A stretch of DNA of 61,605 nucleotides, counting the filler, from Sanchytrium tribonematis (Eukaryota), in NCBI GenBank assembly GCA_018985235.1. It is 8 parts of 8 records of this genome, joined end to end, with 100 filler letters (N's around TTAATTAATTAA, not from the genome) between each part and the next. Parts side by side here need not be neighbours in the genome. Positions count along the whole stretch, not along the records: positions 46,488 to 51,466 come from JADGIG010000654.1; positions 51,567 to 56,536 come from JADGIG010000655.1; positions 56,637 to 61,605 come from JADGIG010000656.1; 5 more parts are not named here. One strand, 5' to 3'. This document shows positions 46,388-56,938 of the stretch, piece after piece. The notes beneath the pieces are model-generated. The model did no database searches and was not told where the DNA came from. It was given only the letters and a program-made list of their open reading frames with translations. Position 1 is the first letter of the stretch. Every line of letters begins with the position of its first letter. The position numbers and the translations under genes were made by a program.

Positions 46388-46487
46388 NNNNNNNNNNNNN
46401 NNNNNNNNNNNNNNNNNNNNNNNNNNNNNNNTTAATTAATTAANNNNNNNNNNNNNNNNNNNNNNNNNNNNNNNNNNNNNNNNNNNN

Positions 46488-47204
46488 CTCCACAACCAAC
46501 TCCAATGCCAACACCTGTAAGTCCAAGTAGACCAGCTAGTCCATTCGGGACCCAAAAAAGAAGTAATACAAAGCTGGCAATGGTTAGAAGAGCCTTCACC
46601 GCAACTGACGATGAGATTGAGAAATTGAGCAGCAATCCATCGAGCCCATCCTTTCCGCAAGAAATGATTTTCAATGAGTATTTCAAATTTATTTAGAAGG
46701 AAGTATTGTGTATTTTATATGGATGATGGCGGATATAGAAGTACGGATGAAGGTGATGAGCTAACCCAGGAATTATACTTTATTGGGATCATAGATATAC
46801 TGACACCTTACAATGCAAAAAAGAAAACAGAAAGTGTCTTAAAACGAGTCTTTCAGGATAAATATGGAGTGAGTGCTGTAAAGCCTTCATTTTATGGTGA
46901 GCGATTCTTCAATTTTATGAGAACTCTAACAAGCATTACAACTGTATCAAACAATGCACCTGAATTTCCACCACTCCCAATTTTAGAATCAAAACTAAAG
47001 GAGCAACAAGATAGTGTACAACCAGTTAGCTTGGTGCAAGCATTTCAAAAATCAAATCATCAGTCCTACACACGGTCAACCAAATCCACTAAACCCTCGC
47101 AAATCGCGACTTTCAGCTCGACTAAATCTACGGAAAGTAGTCTTTCGAAAGCTGTAGAGCCCATATTGGAAAAACCAACTGTCGCGAGTCCCACTCAAGA
47201 ATAA
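46488..47204 (+). CDS. MSS4: Phosphatidylinositol-4-phosphate 5-kinase C-terminus; 5'-partial; exons 46488-46677 and 46697-47204
   Basis: E|RKYCVFYMDDGG, ELYFIGIIDILTPYNAKKKTE and VSAVKPSFYGERF. Confidence 0.88.
46678..46696 (+). other. 19-nt spliceosomal intron GTATTTCAAATTTATTTAG
   Basis: Joins ORFs 46505-46696 and 46674-47204 in frame. Confidence 0.9.
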
Positions 47205-47337
47205 ATAATATTAGAAATAAAACAGGCTTGGCACTAATGGATATATCATACAGCATGGCGACCACTTGATGCTATCATTGCATGATACAAGGCGTCGTCA
47301 CTATTTCATATATAAGCATATCATACTTTTCAAATCA

Positions 47338-47427
47338 ATGAATTATTTATTGGCAGTAGCTACTGCATTATCAGCTCGTAAAATTAAGCAAGATGGTGTT
47401 ACGCTTGTTGAAATTGTTGAACAATAA
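47338..47427 (+). CDS. Candidate 29-aa peptide MNYLLAVATALSARKIKQDGVTLVEIVEQ
   Basis: TATATAAG starts 29 nt upstream, the N-terminus is hydrophobic, and the stop overlaps AATAAA as in other genes here. Confidence 0.4.
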   Translation: MNYLLAVATALSARKIKQDGVTLVEIVEQ

Positions 47428-47450
47428 ATATTTTTGAACTCTACATTTTT

Positions 47451-48038
47451 ATGAAACTTCCTTTAAATAAAAGAATCAAATCTTACTTTTTAAAATATCC
47501 AAAACTCAAATATTTTGTGGGGACGTTTGTTCTTGTATCTCTTATACTAATCATTGTGCTGCCATTGACTGTCACACCAAAGCCAAATCTTAATCAAATA
47601 TATTTTACATTTTATGGATTTGATGATAATGATGATGGAAAACATCACTATGGAACAAGTAAAATATCAGATCCGACTATTCATCAGGTTGCTACAGAAG
47701 ATTTGGGGACATATGATAATCCAAGCACATTTGCTGGCGACGAAAAATACAGATTGACCAAAGCAGGCCAAAGAATATATGTTCCAAGATTAAAAAAGTA
47801 TTATATTATGGAAGATACTTGTGTAGAATGCACTGCGGATCAAAATAGAGGTAAATTGAGGATCGATTTGTATATTGGTGGAAATACTGCTTTGCAAAAC
47901 CCAGCCTTGAAGGACTGCCAGTCAAAACTGACTGTTGATAAACCATATACTGAGACTGTCATAATCGATCCGCCAAATAATCTTGCTGTAGACACTAAAC
48001 CATTATTTTCAAGTGATGGATGTTATGTTCCAAGTTAA
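47451..48038 (+). CDS. Type II membrane protein with a 3D/double-psi-barrel-like domain (copy 1)
   Basis: N-terminal TM; TFYGFDDND, GTYDNPSTFA, GQRIYVPRLKKYYIMEDTC and RIDLYIGG. Confidence 0.75.
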   Translation: MKLPLNKRIKSYFLKYPKLKYFVGTFVLVSLILIIVLPLTVTPKPNLNQIYFTFYGFDDNDDGKHHYGTSKISDPTIHQVATEDLGTYDNPSTFAGDEKYRLTKAGQRIYVPRLKKYYIMEDTCVECTADQNRGKLRIDLYIGGNTALQNPALKDCQSKLTVDKPYTETVIIDPPNNLAVDTKPLFSSDGCYVPS

Positions 48039-48094
48039 ATAAAATTTTGTTTTCTTTTAAGATCCGAGTAAATCTCAGATTTTAGGCCTACTGA

Positions 48095-48775
48095 ATGAAA
48101 CTGTCGATATCCAGATTCCATCACAAATTGAAATTGTTGAATATCAAATACCCTAAACTTAAGTTGATTGCACTAATTATTTTTGTGGTGATTGTTGTTT
48201 TATGCGTAGCTTTACCCTTGACTTTAATTACACCACCAAATACAAGTCCTTACTCTACAGGAAATGAAAGCAATGGCAAAAATGATACTAATTCCTTGAC
48301 TATTACGAAGAGTAACGAGACAATATTAAATAATATCTATTTTACATTCTACGGGTTCGACGACAATGACAATGGGATGGGTACCTTTGCAACTGCTGTC
48401 ATCTCTGACCCTACTATCCATAAGATAGCTACAGAAGATCTAGGGACTTTTGAACGACCAAGTACATTTGCTGGTGATGAAAAATACAGATTAACTGTCG
48501 GGGGTCAAAAAATTTACGTACCAAGGCTCAAAAAATACTACATCATGGAAGACACGTGTGTGGAATGTACTAGAGATCGCAATAAGGGCAAATTAAGAAT
48601 AGATTTGTACATTGGTGGAAACACTAAAGTAGAAGGAAAACCATTAAGCGACTGCGAAGGTAGCCTAACTTTGGATGTGCTTTATTCAGAAACTGTAATT
48701 ATAAATCCAAATGCCTCTCACCCGGTAGACACCAAGCCTTTATTTTCGAATGGTACCTGCTACGTGCCCAAATAA
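48095..48775 (+). CDS. Type II membrane protein with a 3D/double-psi-barrel-like domain (copy 2)
   Basis: Tandem paralog with the same motifs and a longer Asn/Ser/Thr stalk. Confidence 0.75.
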   Translation: MKLSISRFHHKLKLLNIKYPKLKLIALIIFVVIVVLCVALPLTLITPPNTSPYSTGNESNGKNDTNSLTITKSNETILNNIYFTFYGFDDNDNGMGTFATAVISDPTIHKIATEDLGTFERPSTFAGDEKYRLTVGGQKIYVPRLKKYYIMEDTCVECTRDRNKGKLRIDLYIGGNTKVEGKPLSDCEGSLTLDVLYSETVIINPNASHPVDTKPLFSNGTCYVPK

Positions 48776-48793
48776 ATGTTAATTTGATTTATT

Positions 48794-50212
48794 TTATATA
48801 TGGATCGCCTTGTTAACACCATGAGTCATCAAACAGGCTTCTTTAAATGCTTCGCTTAGAGTCGGGTGTGCATGGCAAGTTCTTGCAATATCCTCGCTTG
48901 AAGCGCCATATTCAATAGCAATAACACCTTCAGCGATCATTTCCCCAGCATTTGTGCCAATAATGTGAGCCCCAAGTATCTGGTCTGTTTTTGCGTCTGT
49001 AAGTATCTTGACAAAACCTTCAGTCTCATCATTCGTTTTAGCTCTAGAATTTGCAATAAATGGAAATTGGCCTTTTTTATAATCAATTTTCTTTGCTTTT
49101 AATTCTTGTTCATTTAAACCAACCCATGCTACTTCAGGATTGGTATAAATAACTGATGGAATCGCGTCATAGTTAACATGACCAGGTTGACCACTAACTA
49201 ATTCGGCTACGGCAATACCCTCTTCCTCTGCCTTATGAGCCAGCATCGGACCTTTGATGACATCTCCAATGGCATAAATGTTTTTGGAGTTCGTCTGAAA
49301 GTGTTCATTGACTTCTATTTTGCCCTTTTCTGTTTTCAAACCGGCATTTTCTAACTTTAAATTATCTGTAAATGCACGTCTTCCAGTTGCAAGAAGAATT
49401 ACATCTCCATAAACAGAGCTAGTTTTGCCTTTTGTCTCAATAATAATGTTATAGCCGTCTCCTTTTTTCTCATGGCTTACCACTTTTGAGTCCATTTTAA
49501 ATTCCAAGTTTTGTTTTTTGAGCAATCTTTGAAACTGCTTGGCAAGATCAGCGTCCATTCCGGCTCCTATACTTGGCATATATTCAATAACGGTTACTTT
49601 GCTTCCTAGTCTACTCCACACACTCCCGAGTTCTAAACCGATAACACCTGCACCAATTACAATAAGATTTTCAGGAACCTTATCTAAAGAAAGTGCACCA
49701 GTGCTTGTAACTATGGTTTTTTCATCAGCCGTAAAGCCAGGCAATACAGCTGGCTCGCTACCGGTGGCGATAATTATATTTTCAGCGGTTATTGTTTGCT
49801 GATCTTTGTTACTCTCTATAACTAATGTATTTTTGTCTTTAAATGACGCAGCACCTTTGAAGGCGGTGACTTTGTTTCCTTTAAATAACATTTCTATTCC
49901 ACTTGTTAATTTAGAGACACTACTTTCCTTTCTTGCCATCATTTTTGATAAATCCAATTTAACATTTTCAACAACGATTCCGCGACCCTCAAAATCGTGC
50001 TTGGCAGCATGGTACAAATGGCTGTCGTGCAGAAGTGCTTTGGAAGGAATGCAACCAACATTTAAACAAGTTCCACCAAAAGCTCCTCTTTTGTCAATAC
50101 AAGCGACTTTTTTCCCAAGCTGAGCCGCCTTGATTGCAGCCACGTATCCTCCGGGGCCTCCGCCGATAACAGCAACATCAAATTGTTTTTGCAAAAGTAC
50201 TCTTCGTAACAT
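48794..50212 (-). CDS. LPD1: Dihydrolipoamide dehydrogenase (E3)
   Basis: IGGGPGGYVAAI, GGTCLNVGCIPSK, GPMLAHKAEEEG and HAHPTLSEA. Confidence 0.98.
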   Translation of the reverse strand: MLRRVLLQKQFDVAVIGGGPGGYVAAIKAAQLGKKVACIDKRGAFGGTCLNVGCIPSKALLHDSHLYHAAKHDFEGRGIVVENVKLDLSKMMARKESSVSKLTSGIEMLFKGNKVTAFKGAASFKDKNTLVIESNKDQQTITAENIIIATGSEPAVLPGFTADEKTIVTSTGALSLDKVPENLIVIGAGVIGLELGSVWSRLGSKVTVIEYMPSIGAGMDADLAKQFQRLLKKQNLEFKMDSKVVSHEKKGDGYNIIIETKGKTSSVYGDVILLATGRRAFTDNLKLENAGLKTEKGKIEVNEHFQTNSKNIYAIGDVIKGPMLAHKAEEEGIAVAELVSGQPGHVNYDAIPSVIYTNPEVAWVGLNEQELKAKKIDYKKGQFPFIANSRAKTNDETEGFVKILTDAKTDQILGAHIIGTNAGEMIAEGVIAIEYGASSEDIARTCHAHPTLSEAFKEACLMTHGVNKAIHI

Positions 50213-50272
50213 TTGAGTCCTTGTGTTTTGAAAAATTTATTTTTTCAATTGACATAAATGGGCCGAATTTAA

Positions 50273-50464
50273 ATGCTTGTTGCTTGGCTATTTGGATTTT
50301 ACCTAGCGATTCATTTTTTTATTATTGCTATATTTTTATATATTTCAATTGAGGTTGTCAGACATTTGCAATCTTTAAAAAGTAAAAGTATTGACCTGGC
50401 AAAAACGACAAAATTGAACGAATCTCAGATTTCCAAGACTTCTTGGACCGCAAAAGGGCTTTGA
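50273..50464 (+). CDS. Small single-TM hypothetical protein (63 aa)
   Basis: ATG ORF with a hydrophobic N-half; its TGA overlaps AATAAA. Confidence 0.45.
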   Translation: MLVAWLFGFYLAIHFFIIAIFLYISIEVVRHLQSLKSKSIDLAKTTKLNESQISKTSWTAKGL

Positions 50465-50860
50465 ATAAATTATTTAAGGTTTTTGTGAAATATAAAATCA
50501 AGATACATAATTTTAGTAAACAATACAGTATGCAATTTATGTTTGGAACAATGGTTAAGGGAATTCCCATCCCGTATTACTTAGGTGTTCAAGCAAAAGA
50601 AGAGAAAATTCTAAAGAGTGCAGCTAATCGCTTATCATCAATTTCGTCATCAGCATCAGGCAATCCAATTCTGTTGCCAAATAAAATAGCACGACTATTT
50701 CCTCTCCAAATAATTCGCAGAGTGCATCTGCTTGGCATTAGTCCGAGAAAATCTAATTTAAAGCAACCTTTTTATAGTTCTCCATTTCCTATATCCCACG
50801 AACAATTTGAGGAAATGTTTTGATAATTTGATACATATTCAACTCCTAAAATTAAATAAA

Positions 50861-51466
50861 ATGTCTACGAAAATAGTTGCTGCTACTATAATAGTGGTCG
50901 TGGGAGAAATGGCAATATTTTATTCAATACATAACATGTCAACACCAGAAAATGCAAGGTATAAAGAGGTCTCCAGGTATCTATCTGATGGCTGGCTTGG
51001 GAAAATGGATTTAAGTGATCATCAACAGCGATTTTTCAGAAATAATCTAGGAATACTGAGTATAGTCATGTTGGCTCATACTCTTATAAGCTTTTTATTT
51101 AAGCAATACTTTAAGAAATTTACCTTTGGATTTGCAATTTTATTTATATTTGCATTACATGGACTGAATGCAATCAAAATATTGTTTCTCGTAAGCACTA
51201 ATTATCTAATCACTATAAAATACGGAAAGTCTGGAACCGTGGTACTTGGGCTTTGGATATGGCATGTTTTCATGATTCTATTTATTGAAAGGATAGATTT
51301 TAAAGTATCTTTCGAAGGAATTATATCTCAATGGATTGTATATTATAAATTTAATATTCTAAGAATGATTTCTTTCACAATGGATTTTTACTGGTCCCAC
51401 GATTATGCAGCCATTGATAGGCGAATCAGTGATAAAAAAGCAAGAATAGAAACACCTTGTAAAGAA
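50861..51466 (+). CDS. GUP1: MBOAT acyltransferase Gup1/HHAT-like; 3'-partial
   Basis: LSDGWLGKMDLSDHQQRFFRNNL and FNILRMISFTMDFYW. Confidence 0.88.
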
Positions 51467-51566
51467 NNNNNNNNNNNNNNNNNNNNNNNNNNNNNNNNNN
51501 NNNNNNNNNNTTAATTAATTAANNNNNNNNNNNNNNNNNNNNNNNNNNNNNNNNNNNNNNNNNNNN

Positions 51567-52092
51567 TTGGCAGGGTAGTTAAAGAACCACTAAAATCATT
51601 GCTACTTATTCTGAAAAATGACAAATTAGCGGGTAAATTAGAAATAGTCCCATTTAAATGATTATGTCTTATATCCAAAAACACCAAATTATTTGGTAAT
51701 ATTGGTAAATTTCCATAAATAGAGGCACCGTATATATCAATTTCCATAACAGAGTCTGGAATTCCATTTGGTAGAACTGTATTTAGCTTATCATTCGCAT
51801 ACATAGTAAGACGATCCAAATTTGGTGGAATAAATTCTGAATTGATAGTTCCATTGATATTCAACAGGTTTAATTTGAGCACATTGATTCTATTAGATAG
51901 GCAGTAAATGTATATATTTGTTGAAATACTACTATATCCACAGCAATCTGTTGGAATTTGTTGAAATTCAATTGGGTCCGTTATGTGCATATTTAGTGAT
52001 TTGAAGAAATTGATAACCAATGGACAGTCTACAGAGACACCATTGACAAGTAGTCGCATGAATATCATGAAAACTATACAAAGGTGATTCAT
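51567..52092 (-). CDS. LRR receptor-like family member; 3'-partial
   Basis: Hydrophobic leader, SVDCP...LNMH..DCC cap and LRRs as in 38363-41144. Confidence 0.8.
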
Positions 52093-52787
52093 AAAATTTT
52101 AAAATCTTCTGAAACAATTGGCCTACCAACATTGAAGCAACAGTCACGGTAGAAACAAAAATTCATTGATACTCAAACAATCTTAAATGTAGTGACTATT
52201 CTTTGTATACCATTAAATCAATGCTTACTCATCAACAAGTCATTTACTGACTATTATCTCAAACAGAAATACCATCATCCCAATCTATATATTTTTAATT
52301 TTATCGCTAAAATTCCCAAATTCAAAATCCAATATCAATAGAATTTCATTGTTTAAAATTAATAACTAACAAGAATTATTAAAGTCATTTTGAACCATTG
52401 GAATATGGATTATATTTGTATTATAACTTGCAGTCTCATTTTGCATTTAATTATTTGACCAGGAATGAGTTTAAGTGTAAATAAATAATTTATTTGTGTT
52501 TTAGAAAGTGTAATCTGCTGAAAAAGGCTTTTTTGGATTTCTTTTGTGCTGTTCTAATGAATAATTACCATAAAAGAGACCAATTAATAGCAAAACATCC
52601 ACAGATACTCTAATAATTAGTCTAAATGTCAATTTAAATTCAAATATTACCGGATTTGGAAATTTTGTGAGATTGTTGGCAGTGATGCTTTTAGTGGCCA
52701 TTTCACTGAATAAGGATTCTGTATCGTTGTACATAATACTACTAGCTACAATCACACTCGATGCTTTGTAAAATACACGCGTCACAA

Positions 52788-52806
52788 CTAAATTAATAGA
52801 AATAAC
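52788..52806 (-). other. 19-nt spliceosomal intron GTTATTTCTATTAATTTAG
   Basis: Removal gives RS|IVTRVFYKAS; homologous to intron 40806-40824. Confidence 0.88.
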
Positions 52807-54079
52807 TTGATCTGGCATCTGTGGTTGTAAAATCCAAATTATCGGGTAAATATGACAAGTAGTACTTATTACACATGCTATAATTAGCAATATATGAGCT
52901 ATTTAGCAAGGGATTAAAGGATAAATCACAGTATGTTAATAGACTCGTGTTTTGTAATTGGACTTCATAAATAGACGTATTTCCTAATACTAATAATTTT
53001 GGTTTCTGCAGAATGACCTTGTCGTTGAAGAAATTGCTTTCGTTGACTAGATCCCCCAATACGACATCATTTAAAGAAGCAGGAAATGGGGGCAATGGAC
53101 CTGTTAGAAAATTCCCCTGAATTCGCAATTGTTGTAAATTGGGTGGTAAAGTAGGAAGTTTGCCTGTCATATTACATTCAACTAATTGAAGTACTTTTAA
53201 TGTGCTAGGTAATTGAGGGATCGTCTGATTAAAGTTTCCTTTTTTAAATTTTAAAGTCTCTAATCCCTCTGAGAATATTGGCAATTTGCCTCCAATATAT
53301 GGGCCTTCAATGCTAAGATATTTCACATTCCCTGGAATATAGTCTGGTATTCTTGCTGTTTGGTTATAATTGCCAAAAATGTACAATGATTCTAAAGTTG
53401 AAGGAATATCTGCAATTGAAAATGCAAACCCGTCTACAGTTTGTAATAGATCCCCTCCATCTATACTTAATTCTGTCACATTTAGACTTTTGCATGTTAT
53501 ATATTTACTAGTTTCACAGCAATTCTCATCCCGTACTGAATCGCTTTGAATTCCCATTTTTTGAAACATATTCTCAACCAATTTGCATGCGCCTAGGGAT
53601 GTCGGAATCGAATATTTTTGAATTTCTGATTTGCATTTTGTTAAATTGACCAAATTAGCTATTGAAATATTGTTTAAGGAAACATCACAAGATCGAATCA
53701 CACTCAAATTTGTTGTCACAACTTTCTCAATCAGATTATTTCTCAAATTGAATTCATTATATGCTGAAGGATCAAATTTTGAAGCGTCTAAAATCCCTTT
53801 AATCTTATTATTTTTCAAGTATAATTGAGTCCAAGTATTTCCCTTTAATTCATTTTCCACATTATCAAATTCATTGTCAGCAGCTGAAAACATTTGTAGC
53901 TGAATTAAATTGGGAATGGTGCCATTTAATTGATTCGTATCTAGGGCTAAATTCACTAGAGTATTGGGTAATTTGCCAAATCTCCTCACTGCCCACTCTT
54001 AAGTTGTAGAAAATCCGGTACCCCAAATTTCAGAAATGACGCCATAAATTTCTGTTGAAAATCCGGACAAATACTAGAT

Positions 54080-55917
54080 TTATTCTATTCTTGGTATTTC
54101 AATGTTCCTTGCTTCTTCCAAGTCTGCTACTGTATATGGACAGTTTCTACCAAGTGTGTGCCATAAAGTATGGCATTCTATGGCATGTAATCTAATTTCG
54201 GGATCACAAAATGTGCATCCATACGTCGTAGTGCTTCTTTTGCGCTTGTATTCCTTGCAATATTTACACTCCCGTCCTGCACCACCATAATTGCGTGGCC
54301 AATGTCCAAATGCAGTTGTCAAAAACCACCATGGCTGGCTGGATTCTATTGAAACAGGAATAGTCATTCTCTGTGATCTTCTGGTTCTTTTGGTGTATGT
54401 TCTCCCTCCAATCAAATGCTCAATAATGGCAAGTCTAAATTCCTCTATTGTATGACTATGCCCTAATAAATTAAAAATCACAGAGGATGCCACAATGTAG
54501 AAATCAAGAAACCAGAAGAAGGATCACAACCACCATCGACGTGTATGCAACAAAGTGGCAAATTTTTCCATCTTCTGATCGCATAAATCAGACCCTCCCA
54601 TATTCCAGTTGTAGGAAATGGCAATTTTGGGAAGAGCAAGAGTAGTGCTGCCATTTACAGTGACCAACTGATATTCATTTGCAACATCATTACTCACATT
54701 GCGTTTTACTGTGATGGTTTCATGTCTCTCGTCAATCAAAACGGGATGGGTAGTGGCAAAGTACACATTTTTGACCTAAATAAATAAAAATGTACGGCAC
54801 CAGTTTGTAATTTAATCATTCTTAGTAATACTTGGTTGACATCTTGAATATAAAGTGATTGGTAGAAAGAATCACCTTGTAATTCTTGTAAAATGTGGTC
54901 TGGAATCCTGTTGGTTCTAATGGTGCCACAATAATATATGCCTCTCTCTAGTAATGTATTCATTAATTCACGGGTAGTAAACCAGTTGTCACAAAATAAA
55001 CAAACACTAGAATCTTCCAAGAATTCTGTCATTTTTGACACGATTCGTATCACTTTGCCAGCATCCGAATCAGATTTATCATCAAAATAAAATGCAAATG
55101 GATAACCCGTCCTCGGGCAACAGAGTGTAAAGACTTTAAATCCACGTGGTTGTGGCTTGGTTTTAATTGTGAATGTTTTAGAATCCCTCCCTGTCCATGG
55201 AATTATTGCCTCGTCAAGTGACAGTGCATTGGGAGCAACCACAAATAATCGTAATAAACTCTCTTTTTCAAGGATTGGTTTTAATTTGAAAAGTTTATCT
55301 GTAGAATCAGATTGTTCATTGTTGGTTAAATGCAAATTTTGCATAAAAAACTTGAAATCGTTCTTTGTCATGACCTTTTTTACGTAATCATCACCAAACG
55401 GGAATGATGTTGTCCAATGATTGTCCACATTGGCACGTTTTCTATGCATTAAAAGCAATGCTAGTCCTAAAAATGTCTTAATTTTGTTTCCATCAATGCC
55501 ATTTGGGATATCAGAGGTAGAAACTGGTATGTTGTTATCTGCTGCTCTTTTTGCTTTTTTTTGATGGCAGTAAATGGATGTTTGTACTGCTATAGAGTCA
55601 AAAAACTCGGATTTAAAAAATAAACTAAAAATTTCACTGGGAGTTACTGCTTGCAAGTCAGGAAATCCATCAGCATCACTCTCCAGACCAAGTTCAGAGG
55701 CAATGGCAGGTGTATTTGGCTCGATACAGCCCTCAAAGTCTCGCACATAACTCAAAATATCTGTCAAAGAAGAAAAGTCTAGCCAAATGTCCTCTTCGCA
55801 CTGCTCCATCATCTCCTCATATCCCTCTTCAGATGAGATACTTGCTTCCGATTCACTGAGCCAGTCATCATCGCTCTCAAGTGGAAATGCGTCACTTGTG
55901 GGTAATGAAGATGACAT
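54080..55917 (-). pseudogene. piggyBac-type DDD transposase (~605 codons) with a C-terminal Cys-rich domain, one 20-nt intron and one in-frame TGA (54524-54526)
   Basis: SLDEAII, KTKPQPRGFK, FCDNWFT, GTIRTNR, YNWNMGGSDLCDQ, RRWWL*SFFWFLD and CKYC..TTYGCTFC..C. Confidence 0.9.
54776..54795 (-). other. 20-nt spliceosomal intron GTACATTTTTATTTATTTAG in the transposase
   Basis: It has the length class needed to join the frames, gives LQTGA|VKNVYFATTH, and shares the host 3' consensus. Confidence 0.8.
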
Positions 55918-56846
55918 TGTTTTGAGGGGGGAAGCACGTGTATTTTAGTCATTTATTGTAATCACACAAATCAAATTGCCCAAATTCGAAAATTTTCACT
56001 CTTAATTAAGACCGTATTTCCGCGCCCTTCAATCTTAAACAGGGAGGTCGGATGGAAATCCGGACTCTGGGCAGAGAGGGGATATTGGGCCAGTAAACAA
56101 ATTGTTCGAAAGGTAAAGATTTTGTAAATTTTTAAAGCCTGACAAGTCTGGAATGTTCCCTTTAATATTGTTATATTCTAAACTCAAATATTGTAGCGTA
56201 TACGGTAATAATGTGGTGTTGATGCTGCCATTGAGATTTAAATACCGCAACTCGATATACGTGATTCTATTGTCTTGAAATCTGGCATAACCCGATAAAT
56301 TATCGCAACAATCACGTTTTTTCAATATATAGTTGTAATTGTCTGGAACAGTTAGATGCATGTTTAATTGTTTTAAAAATAAATCAAATTTGGGGCAATC
56401 GATGGAAGGAGGAGATTTAAATGATAAATTACACTTCGAGGTTAAAACAACATCCGCCTGCATTTCTGGATCAAAATAATTATAGATAGTATTGCAATCT
56501 TTTATCCCATTACTGTTTGCCACAAATAACCAATCANNNNNNNNNNNNNNNNNNNNNNNNNNNNNNNNNNNNNNNNNNNNTTAATTAATTAANNNNNNNN
56601 NNNNNNNNNNNNNNNNNNNNNNNNNNNNNNNNNNNNAAGACCGTTTGGAGCATCTTCAACGTAGAATAGCGTATCTACATTTGGCGTGAAGTAATTTGCA
56701 AAATTGGAGAGCGAGTGTTTCATTGCAGTTTTCGAGATCAATCTTGCAAAGTGGATAATTGATCAGCGTAAATTGAATACTTGCTTGCTCTTAATTTGCA
56801 AGTAATCACGCTGCTTGATGGCCTGGTGTGATTGGTTTCCGTTTGA

Positions 56847-56920
56847 GATCGGCAAGTGTTTTTCACTGTAAAAGTAGTCTGTGATTGGTGAAGTTATATC
56901 GTAGCGGGATTTAAGAAATC
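56847..56920 (+). promoter_or_regulatory. Conserved upstream module of LPMO gene 1 (GATCGGCAAGT at -92, GTGATTGGT at -58, TTTAAGAAATC at -29)
   Basis: The same motifs occur at the same offsets before the other copies. Confidence 0.65.
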
Positions 56921-56938
56921 ACTTTCCAATCCGGCAGT

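Larger units (their letters stand above)
53982..56081 (-). mobile_element. piggyBac-superfamily DNA transposon, 2100 bp, with 14-bp imperfect TIRs and a 2-bp AT target duplication
   Basis: TIRs CTCCTCACTGCCCA (53982-53995) and TGGGCAGAGAGGGG (56068-56081) match 12/14. AT lies at 53980-53981 and 56082-56083. Host LRR sequence resumes exactly outside. Confidence 0.9.
52501..56536 (-). pseudogene. LRR receptor-like gene interrupted by a transposon; segments 56536-56082, 53979-52807 and 52787-52501; 5'-partial
   Basis: Removing the element plus one AT restores NNLFTGPI-FGKLPNTL, colinear with the paralog's NNQFSGPIMNKLPVQL; the C-terminal TM exon is present. Confidence 0.88.

Noticed and set aside
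50443..50823. 126-aa ORF, or a second exon of 50273-50464
   Set aside because: No consensus tiny intron joins them and no family is recognised; left uncalled, though it may be a real orphan gene.
54524..54526. TGA reassignment or an intron removing the transposase stop
   Set aside because: TGA terminates other genes here (e.g. 22120, 33511), Trp is encoded by TGG, and no short GT..AG spans it.
53999..56038. TTAA at 53999-54002 and 56035-56038 as the canonical piggyBac target duplication
   Set aside because: Both lie inside the TIRs, are not followed by inverted termini, and leave non-LRR sequence outside them.
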